26,329 nucleotides of DNA, filler included, from an uncultured virus (IMG/VR IMGVR_UViG_2061766007_001600) (2 parts of one record of this genome joined end to end with filler, not necessarily neighbours in it), one strand, 5' to 3'. Shown: positions 9,566 to 17,553, counted from the whole stretch's first letter. Translations and numbers: made by a program. The notes: generated from the letters alone by a model not told the origin.

Positions 9566-9594
9566 TGATTCTAAAGTGCATATATATGAAATTG

Positions 9595-9606
9595 ACCTGA
9601 GTCCTT
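9595..9606 (+). promoter_or_regulatory. ACYTGARTCNTT motif, copy 3 (ACCTGAGTCCTT)
   Basis: 72 bp upstream of ATG 9667, where the plus-strand genes resume. Confidence 0.45.
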
Positions 9607-9666
9607 AACGCACAAACGTGAACATGGCATGATGAATCCAGTAATCCTGAAGAAAGGAGCTGGATA

Positions 9667-10103
9667 ATGACTGCGATAACGTTCGAAGAGATTAAAAAAT
9701 ATAATCCTTATCATGGTTCANNNNNNNNNNNNNNNNNNNNNNNNNNNNNNNNNNNNNNNNNNNNTTAATTAATTAANNNNNNNNNNNNNNNNNNNNNNNN
9801 NNNNNNNNNNNNNNNNNNNNGCCAGAAATTCCAACTGATGGCTGCTACAAGTACCGTACAAATCCGAACCCAGAAACAAATGACTGGCTGATCACTGGCT
9901 CGATGAAGGTGAACCGAATCCTGAATGACAAAGAAACGGATTCGATCCTGAGAGCGAACGGAATCACACCGATGAGAAGACAGGGTGGTAGAATCGATGA
10001 CTTGACAAAGCTTGGGCTGAACGCTGATGGCAGTATTGCAAAGTCTGCGCATAAACGCAGTTACCTCTTTAGCGAAATCAGAATGATGAGAAGAGCAGGC
10101 TGA
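9667..10103 (+). CDS. leader-motif protein (middle missing; start not in the ORF track)
   Basis: GAAAGGAG RBS, then MTAITFEEIKKYNPYHGS. After the 100-nt spacer the frame reads PEIPTDGCYKYRTNPNPETNDWLITGSMKVNRIL..SIAKSAH. The join across the spacer is assumed. Confidence 0.55.
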
Positions 10104-10144
10104 TGGTTGACAGCTGGTTTTAATCAGATAAAGGAATCACTGTA

Positions 10145-11036
10145 ATGAATATTGTAAGAGCAGGCTATGAAATCATAACCGAACAAGACCCTCTGAAGAA
10201 GATAGAGAGAGCGGCACGTACCTGCTATAAGTCCGAAGACAAGATAACCGAAGAATCCGCTGAGCGGATGGTAAGAGCACTTGTTAAGCGTGAACATTTC
10301 GCAATGCTTGAGCATGCATCGATCATCCTGGAAACGATCACAGATGAAGTGCAGAAGCTGACAACGTATTTTACAAGAAGTTGCGGTGAGATTGTAGAAC
10401 TGAGGATCACGGACTATGCGTTTTCAGGCCGGAATCTTGTTTCAGGCAACTTGAGGGCATGGCTGGAGTTTTTCAGAATGTGCATAAAGCATAAAAAGAA
10501 GATCTCCAGGGAACTTGTAGATGAGTTTTACAAGCCGAAGTATCTGCCNNNNNNNNNNNNNNNNNNNNNNNNNNNNGTCGGAAGAAAAATGCGGGTACTT
10601 TGTTGAACTTGAGAAGGAAGATCTCGATGCGCACGAAATGATGGTGCATTACGATCTGACGGTGAAATTCATCTGTGACAGAGGTGTCTCACATGAGATC
10701 GTCCGGCATCGGAAAGCTTCTTATGCACAGGAGAGCACCAGNNNNNNNNNNNNNNNNNNNNNNNNNNNNNNNNNNNNNNNNNTTCCATGGTTGTACGAAG
10801 CGTGGGAGATTGCGTGTCTGGCAGCAGATAAGTCATATGATGCGCTGAGAGCCGAGAACAGACCGCCTCAGGAAGCGAGAGCGGTGCTTCCGACATCACT
10901 GAAAACGGAACTGGTTATGACAGCTAATCTCATGGAGTGGAGACACTNNNNNNNNNNNNNNNNNNNNNNNNNNNNNNNNNNNNNNNNNNNNNNNNNNNNN
11001 NNNNNNNNNNNNGTGTTTGGGGACATCGCACAGTAA
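10145..11036 (+). CDS. thyX: flavin-dependent thymidylate synthase
   Basis: IERAARTCYKS, HFAMLEH, DRGVSHEIVRHRKASYAQEST (RHRx7S motif), PQEARAVLP..TANLMEWRH. Joined across gaps. Confidence 0.92.
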
Positions 11037-11053
11037 AACGGAAAGGAGCAAAG

Positions 11054-11563
11054 ATGGCAAAACTATTTGAAGACATTCGGAAGCTTTTTGAATCAAACGA
11101 GATTGAAAAGTTTAATCCGCATCACGATGCAAAAGGCAGATTCTCAACTGGTCCTAATGCGGTTTCTTTTACGACACGCACAAAAGATCCGAATAAGCAG
11201 CATTGGGCAGACATGGCCAGAGACAGAGAATCCGTCAGAACCGGCAAACTTGGCACTGGTGTTCGCATGGTGGGAACAACGGTCGGAGACAAGAACTCCA
11301 GGCACAATGTGCATGAGTCAAAGAAGCGGGGTGGAAAACTGATCGGTAATGCCGAGAGGCAGCGTACCAAACTCAAGAGGATGGACGAAAAGGGAGAGAA
11401 GTATGAATCCTCCAGAGAGCGGAAGAACAGACTCGCCAGGGAGAGAAGGGAAGCCAAGAAGACTCCTCCGAAGCCGGTTAAGAGCAAAAAGACTCCGAAA
11501 AAGAGAAGTGGCAGCAAGGTGACTTCGTTCAGAGGGAACAGAAGACCGAGAAAAACAGCCTGA
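11054..11563 (+). CDS. leader-motif protein with a highly basic Lys/Arg-rich C-terminal region
   Basis: GGAAAGGAG RBS; MAKLFEDIRKLFESNEIEKFNPHHDAKGRFST; tail ERREAKKTPPKPVKSKKTPKKRSGSK. Confidence 0.75.
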   Translation: MAKLFEDIRKLFESNEIEKFNPHHDAKGRFSTGPNAVSFTTRTKDPNKQHWADMARDRESVRTGKLGTGVRMVGTTVGDKNSRHNVHESKKRGGKLIGNAERQRTKLKRMDEKGEKYESSRERKNRLARERREAKKTPPKPVKSKKTPKKRSGSKVTSFRGNRRPRKTA

Positions 11564-11574
11564 TGGTGATCCAG

Positions 11575-11607
11575 TAAAGACCGTCTGACAAAGGCGGTCT
11601 TTATTTT
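11575..11607 (+). terminator. Rho-independent terminator
   Basis: Stem TAAAGACCGTC / GGCGGTCTTTA then TTTT. The stem core is the same as at 3786. Confidence 0.7.
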
Positions 11608-11618
11608 GCAAAAAAAAT

Positions 11619-11630
11619 ACCTGAGTCGTT
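11619..11630 (+). promoter_or_regulatory. ACYTGARTCNTT motif, copy 4 (ACCTGAGTCGTT)
   Basis: Directly after a terminator and 84 bp upstream of the protease gene. Confidence 0.45.
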
Positions 11631-11702
11631 GAAGCAACGCATATATGTGCTTTATTATCCGAAGCAGAGAGCATATAAGTGCGCATAAGAAGGATACGAG
11701 AG

Positions 11703-12612
11703 ATGGATTTGACCGTTTTTATAGGGCTTAAAGCAGAATTATCCGATCCCAAAGCNNNNNNNNNNNNAGGATCTTCACATCACTTTGGCATACGGAACTG
11801 TTTCTGATGCACAGATGGATGCATCAGAAGCGGAAGAACGACTTCGTGAGGTGATAGAGGAACTGAAAGATGAGATCCCGGAGAAGATTCATCTTGATAA
11901 GACAGGACTCTTTCAGGCTTCAGAAAGCAGTGATGGTCAGGATGTTGTGTATGCCAGGGTTGAAGAAGGACAGCTTGAGAAGCTGCATGATCGAGTCGTT
12001 CAGCTTCTGAGGGAGAAAGGCATCAATCCGGAGTTCACATTTGCAGAATACAAACCGCATATGACGCTTGGATATGTAGATCCCGGTCTTGAGTTCAGAG
12101 AGAAGGAACTCGACATCATGGTGGATATTCCTCAGGCGATCTATGCGGCAAAAGAAGCTGAGAAAAAGGAATCGTCTTTTGACGAAGAGAAGGACAAGGA
12201 GTTTGTAATAACGAAGTCCGATGAAGACCAGCGACTGGTGTTTGGTTGGGCATGCATCTCAGAGCGTAGGAACGGCGAGGAGATCTGCGATCTTCAGGGG
12301 GACATGGTGTCGCCGGAAGAACTTGAAAAAGCTGCTTACGAATATGTTCTGAACTGGCACACCGGTGGTGAAGAACATGATCCTTTCCTTCAGAACAAAT
12401 GCCGTATGGTCGAATCCGTTGTTTTCACGAGAGAAAAACTGAAAGCAATGGGAATCCCGGAAGGAATTGTACCGCTTGGCTGGTGGATCGGCTTCAAAGT
12501 CGATGATGAGCGTACCTGGGAACTGGTCAAGAACGGAACATATCAGATGTTCTCGATAGCAGGCAAGGGAAAGAGAGTGCCGGTGAGGAACAATGGTGGC
12601 CAAATCCTTTGA
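11703..12612 (+). CDS. fusion: N-terminal 2H phosphoesterase (2'-5' RNA ligase-like) + XkdF-type putative prohead serine protease
   Basis: ATG 11703 after AAGGA. Two HxT motifs: DLHITLAY and PHMTLGY. Then ITKSDEDQRLVFGWA..DLQGD..ELEKAAY..H..ES..GWWIGFKV..W..VKNG..FSIAG, the XkdF pattern. Confidence 0.85.
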
Positions 12613-13234
12613 GGAAATAAAGAAATTTAATCCGTATCACGGNNNNNNNNNNNNNNNNNNNNNNNNNNNNNNNNNNNNNNNNNNNNNNNNNNNNNNNNNN
12701 NNNNNNNNNNNNNAGAGTGCGTAAACAGGCATTGCATGGCATCGAAGACAGAATCAGATCGCAGAACTACGAAACCGCCACAATTGTAGACAAGAACGGT
12801 GACACGTTGTTCTCAAAGGATGGTGAGCATAGTCAGGTTGTTTTCACGAGTGAAGAAACAGCCAAGATGAGAGGGCAGACGCTCACACACAATCACCCAG
12901 ATAACGGTTTTCTGTCAATAGCGGATGTTGGGACATTTGTGGGTGCAGATCTGAATGAAATAAGAGCAGCACTCCACAACGGTAAAACATATTCGTTGAG
13001 CCGTGGTGATGTATATCAGGACAGCAATGGTGTNNNNNNNNNNNTTTGATGAGAGCGACACTTACGCTTGATGAAAAGGGATACAGAGAGAAAGTTCAAT
13101 CAGGGGCAGTTTCGCAGAACCAGGCAAATGAAGAACTTAATGATCTGATAACAGAGTATATGACTGACTGGATGAACAGGGAAGCAACAAAATACAACCT
13201 GAAATTCCGGATAGAAGAAGGAAAGGCTGCATAA
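12593..13234 (+). CDS. leader-motif protein with a JAB/MPN-like (E..HxHP..S..D) domain
   Basis: MVAKSFEEIKKFNPYHG at 12593 (not in the ORF track). After the gap: YETATIVD..LTHNHPDNGFLSIADV..EIRA. Joined across two gaps. Confidence 0.65.
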
Positions 13235-13254
13235 GACAAGCCTGATGGTGAGGA

Positions 13255-13764
13255 ATGAACAAAGAAGATCTGTTGCCGTTAGATGAAAACGGAAACCTGG
13301 TATTAGACCGTGATCCGCTTCCAACATACAACGCAAACAAAGTAAGGAAGTCGATGTTGTTTGAAGACATCAGGAAGAGCGTGGACACGAAAACGCATAC
13401 AGCAGCTGTTTTGGTTGTGCATGGTGGGAAGTTCCTTGTAGGTGACAGGTCGGACGATAAAGGGATCTGCGGACCTGGTGGTCATGCACAGTGGGGTGAA
13501 ACACCTGTACAGGCAGCAACAAGGGAAGCACAGGAAGAATTCGGTATCACACCGAAGAACCTGAGACCGCTGAACGGAAAGAAGTTTGGGGAAGGAACTG
13601 TCTATTTCTGGACAGATGAATTCATAGGGAAGCCGAAGACCGATGATAAAGAGATGTTCCGGCCACGATGGCTGAGTGCTGAGCAGGTCAGAAGCCAGAA
13701 AGCACTGCCCAATTTCGTAAAGAGCATCGATCTTTATCTCAAGCAGAGAGAGGAAAGACGATGA
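13255..13764 (+). CDS. Nudix hydrolase with N-terminal extension
   Basis: Nudix box GGHAQWGETPVQAATREAQEEFG, preceded by VRKSMLFEDIRKS. Confidence 0.9.
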   Translation: MNKEDLLPLDENGNLVLDRDPLPTYNANKVRKSMLFEDIRKSVDTKTHTAAVLVVHGGKFLVGDRSDDKGICGPGGHAQWGETPVQAATREAQEEFGITPKNLRPLNGKKFGEGTVYFWTDEFIGKPKTDDKEMFRPRWLSAEQVRSQKALPNFVKSIDLYLKQREERR

Positions 13765-13849
13765 AGATAAGAAAAAACATGCGGATGGTGATCAGGGGAC
13801 ACCCGGTCGTACAGGCTTATCCGAAAAATACGAAAGAAAGGAGAAACTG

Positions 13850-14955
13850 ATGGCAAATCAACTGAAGCATATGATCCTGAAAAGCGTTGATCTTGTGCGC
13901 CGTGGGGCAAACCCGGACGCAGATATCAAGCTTTACAAGAGCGCAGATGCGCCTGGACCAGTATTGAAAACAGCGGAAGAGGTGGANNNNNNNNNNNNNN
14001 NNNNNNNNNNNNTACAAGTCCTATGACTCGATCATGAATGACGAGGAACTCACCGATGGCGAAGCAAGAGAAATGCTTGCTAAGAGCCTGGTGCAGTTCA
14101 ACGAAGCCATGTATTCAGATGTCATTAAGGGCTATTCGTTTGAGAAGCCTGAAGAAGAGGGCGAATCAACGATGGACTACAACGATATGCTCAAGAGCGA
14201 GAACCTGACAGACGAGGAGAAAGCACAGCTTTCTGCTCTGATTGGGAAAGCCTGTGGCAAAGTAGTAAAAGCTGATGAAGAAGAACCTGTTGAAGAGGAA
14301 GCAGAGGAAGAGCCGGTTGAAGAATTCGTAGAGGAGGAAGAGCTGGTAGAAGAATCTGCTGAAGAACCGGAAGACGATGGTGAAGAGCCTGAGGAAGAGC
14401 CNNNNNNNNNNNNNNNNNNNNNNNNNNNNNNNNNNNNNNNNNNNNNNNNNNNNNNNNNNNNNNNNNNNNNNNNNNNNNNNNNNNNNNNNAAGAAGTCTGC
14501 AAAGCAGACCGTCAACAAGTCCGCAGCGTACAAGAAGCTTTTCGAGAGGCAGCAGGAGAATCTTGAAGCACTTCAGAAGCGGTTCGACATGCAGGAACTG
14601 ACAGAGATTGCCAAGAAGTACGAGGCAATCGGTGAGAATCCGGACACTCTGGCAGAAACTCTGTATGAGATGAAGCAGGCTGGTGATGGCATTTACAAGT
14701 CCTATATCGGTAATCTGGACAAGACACTGGAACTCTACGAGAAGTCCNNNNNNNNNNNNNNNNNNNNNNNNNNNNNNNNNNNNNNNNNNATCGTTCGGCG
14801 GAACTTCCGAGAACGATCCGGAATCCAAGGTAGAGCAGATCGCAAAATCCTACATGGAAGCGAATCCTGCTATGAATTATATCGATGCAAAAGCCAAAGC
14901 ATGGACCGATCACCCGGAACTTGCGATGGAGTATCAGCAGAACAGAAGGAAATAA
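13850..14955 (+). CDS. capsid scaffold-like protein with an N-terminal protease-like segment
   Basis: GAAAGGAG RBS; MANQLKHMILKSVDLVRRGANPDADIKLYKS; Glu-rich tract, coiled coil and many hydrophobic-x-K-S/A sites; lies just before the cement and capsid genes. Joined across gaps. Confidence 0.7.
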
Positions 14956-14967
14956 GGAGGTATCAAA

Positions 14968-15366
14968 ATGGCTAAGACTTATATGACCAGTCAGATTAAC
15001 ACCTCTCCGACCATCATTGAAGAGGCCGGTGCGGCAATTACTGACGTAAGAGGAAAATTCGTCAAGTACAGTACCGGAAAGGTGATTCTGGCAAGCACAG
15101 CTGGTGAGGCCGTCATTGGTGTCGGCATTATCACGAACAGCGAGAACATTCCGTCTGGTGGAGATGTAACCGTTCAGGTTAAGGACATCGGTCTTGCACT
15201 TGCTGGTGGGAGCATTGCAAAGGGCGCAGAGATTGCGACTGATGCGAATGCAAAGGCCGTAACGGCGACTGATGGTGATTTCGTCATCGGTGTTGCCCTT
15301 GAAGCAGCCGCAAGCGGAGATATGTTCTACTTCCAGATGGTGAAGTACCAGAAGCCGTCAGCCTGA
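14968..15366 (+). CDS. capsid cement/decoration protein (DUF2190-like)
   Basis: 132 aa, Gly/Ala-rich: AGGSIAKGAEIATDANAKAV..IGVALEAA; lies between scaffold and capsid genes. Confidence 0.75.
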   Translation: MAKTYMTSQINTSPTIIEEAGAAITDVRGKFVKYSTGKVILASTAGEAVIGVGIITNSENIPSGGDVTVQVKDIGLALAGGSIAKGAEIATDANAKAVTATDGDFVIGVALEAAASGDMFYFQMVKYQKPSA

Positions 15367-15408
15367 TGAGGCACATGACAGCAATATACAGAGAAGGAGG
15401 TAATAATA

Positions 15409-16437
15409 ATGAATACTGGTGAAATTAGCACCGCAATCGCAAAAGGAGCGTTTAATCCGAATATTTACCTGACAACGATGGCGATGTCTTACTTCCAGAG
15501 TGAGGAGAACAGACCTGCGAAGTCTCTGTTCCCGATTCTTCCGGTGAGACTGTCGAGCGCATCTTACTACATTTGGTCCAAAGAAGACTTGCTCAGGGAC
15601 AATGTGCACAGAAAGCCGCAGTTCGGTAAGGTCGATCCGGCACAGGTTGCGCATGAGACCGGCGTTTATGACTGCAAGGTTGACCAGATCATTCTTGGTA
15701 TCGACCAGATNNNNNNNNNNNNNNNNNNNNNNNNNNNNNNNNNNNNNNNNNNNNNNNNNAACAAGCAGAACATGAAGACGAAGACGATCTCCCAGCAGAT
15801 GTGCATCCATCAGGACATCATGTTTGCGGATAAGTTCTTCAAGACTGGAGTTTGGGGGAAGGATATGACCGGTGTTGCGTCCAGCNNNNNNNNNNNNNNN
15901 NNNNNNNNNNNNNNNNNNNNNNNNNNNNNNNNNNNNNNNNNNNNNNNNNNNNNNNNNNNGATGATCTCTGATGTGAAGAAGAAGGGACGCAAGCCGAATA
16001 AGCTTGGTCTTGGTGAGAATACATACAACGCACTGATCAATCATCCGTCCATCATCGACCGTGTTGTCGGCCAGGGATCTGCAACGAACCCGGCAGCTGC
16101 GAACGAGAACGTCCTTGCGACCCTGTTTGGTGTCGATAAGGTTGTTGTTTTCGATTCAATCGTCAACAAGGCAAAGACCGGAGCAACCGGAAACATGGAT
16201 TTCATCTGTGATCCGAATGGTGCGCTGCTTCTGTATGCGACCGATGCTCCGTCAATTGACGAGCCGAGCGCAGGCTACATCTTCACATGGGATGCACTGG
16301 GTGATGGCAACTATCTGCCGGTTCTTCAGTGGGAAGGTGAGAATGGAACTCATTCCGAGTATATCGAGGGTCTCATTGCTCAGGATATGAAAGTTACCGC
16401 AGCTGATCTGGGTATCTTCTTCGCTGAGTGCGTCTGA
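15409..16437 (+). CDS. major capsid protein
   Basis: About 340 aa with AAGGAGG RBS; NIYLTTMAMSY..LFPILPV, PNKLGLG..ALINHPSI, EPSAGYIFTW; position in the operon. Confidence 0.85.
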   Translation: MNTGEISTAIAKGAFNPNIYLTTMAMSYFQSEENRPAKSLFPILPVRLSSASYYIWSKEDLLRDNVHRKPQFGKVDPAQVAHETGVYDCKVDQIILGIDQXXXXXXXXXXXXXXXXXNKQNMKTKTISQQMCIHQDIMFADKFFKTGVWGKDMTGVASSXXXXXXXXXXXXXXXXXXXXXXXXXMISDVKKKGRKPNKLGLGENTYNALINHPSIIDRVVGQGSATNPAAANENVLATLFGVDKVVVFDSIVNKAKTGATGNMDFICDPNGALLLYATDAPSIDEPSAGYIFTWDALGDGNYLPVLQWEGENGTHSEYIEGLIAQDMKVTAADLGIFFAECV

Positions 16438-16455
16438 TGGTGAAGGAGTGATCGA

Positions 16456-16630
16456 ATGTATATAGCCAAGAAACCGTGCCATTTCGGANNNNNNNNNNGA
16501 CTATTCCGGAAGACATTATCGGAAATTCGAGGGTTTCGGCTCTGGTCAAGTGGGGCATGATTTCCGAAGTTGATGGTGAGGTGGCAAAAGCCGCTTCACC
16601 TGAGACAAATGGGAATAAAGGAAAGGCTGA
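16456..16630 (+). CDS. small head-associated hypothetical protein (3' end in gap)
   Basis: AAGGAG RBS; MYIAKKPCHFG..TIPEDII..LVKWGMISEV. Confidence 0.55.
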
Positions 16631-17451
16631 NNNNNNNNNNNNNNNNNNNNNNNNNNNNNNNNNNNNNNNNNNNNNNNNNNNNNNNNNNNNNNNNNNNNNN
16701 NNNNNNNNNNNNNNNNNNNNNNNNNNNNNNNNNNNNNNNNNNNNNNNNNNNNNNNNNNNNNNNNNNNNNNNNNNNNNNNNNNNNNNNNNNNNNNNNNNNN
16801 NNNNNNNNNNNNNNNNNNNNNNNNNNNNNNNNNNNNNNNNNNNNNNNNNNNNNNNNNNNNNNNNNNNNNNNNNNNNNNNNNNNNNNNNNNNNNNNNNNNN
16901 NNNNNNNNNNNNNNNNNNNNNNNNNNNNNNNNNNNNNNNNNNNNNNNNNNNNNNNNNNNNNNNNNNNNNNNNNNNNNNNNNNNNNNNNNNNNNNNNNNNN
17001 NNNNNNNNNNNNNNNNNNNNNNNNNNNNNNNNNNNNNNNNNNNNNNNNNNNNNNNNNNNNNNNNNNNNNNNNNNNNNNNNNNNNNNNNNNNNNNNNNNNN
17101 NNNNNNNNNNNNNNNNNNNNNNNNNNNNNNNNNNNNNNNNNNNNNNNNNNNNNNNNNNNNNNNNNNNNNNNNNNNNNNNNNNNNNNNNNNNNNNNNNNNN
17201 NNNNNNNNNNNNNNNNNNNNNNNNNNNNNNNNNNNNNNNNNNNNNNNNNNNNNNNNNNNNNNNNNNNNNNNNNNNNNNNNNNNNNNNNNNNNNNNNNNNN
17301 NNNNNNNNNNNNNNNNNNNNNNNNNNNNNNNNNNNNNNNNNNNNNNNNNNNNNNNNNNNNNNNNNNNNNNNNNNNNNNNNNNNNNNNNNNNNNNNNNNNN
17401 NNNNNNNNNNNNNNNNNNNNNNNNNNNNNNNNNNNNNNNNNNNNNNNNNNN

Positions 17452-17541
17452 GCATTAAAGGGGTCGTATTACGGACCGTCAGATCCGCATTACTTCCACA
17501 AGAACATGCAGGCTAACATGAATTATCCGCATGAAAACTAA
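17452..17541 (+). CDS. C-terminal fragment of a probable head-tail connector
   Basis: ALKGSYYGPSDPHYFHKNMQAN..stop after the ~820-nt gap. Call is based on position. Confidence 0.35.
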   Translation, partial: ALKGSYYGPSDPHYFHKNMQANMNYPHEN

Positions 17542-17553
17542 GGGGTGAGGAAC

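Larger units (their letters stand above)
1031..12642 (+). repeat. dispersed coding repeat: peptide leader K-[FYNH]-N-x-x-H-x(3-4)-G-[RK]-F, 9 copies
   Basis: Copies at 1031, 2240, 3951, 4960, 5467, 6408, 9682, 11099 and 12608 (those at 9682 and 12608 run into N gaps). A partial FEDIRK copy is at 13360. Confidence 0.9.

Noticed and set aside
9721..9820. TTAATTAATTAA island flanked by 44 Ns on each side
   Set aside because: A palindromic all-frame stop linker inside an exactly 100-nt spacer is an artificial contig-joining sequence, not biology.
1031..12642. Leader repeats as a CRISPR array, DGR template/variable repeats or mobile DNA repeat
   Set aside because: Copies are dispersed, in frame and conserved as protein with synonymous variation; no regular spacers, reverse transcriptase or transposase seen.
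14274..14401. GAA/GAG-rich quasi-tandem repeat
   Set aside because: Explained by the Glu-rich EEPVEE linker of the scaffold protein.
15361..15381. CTGATGAG as a hammerhead ribozyme core
   Set aside because: No matching GAAA and stem arrangement nearby; it is a stop codon within a short hairpin.
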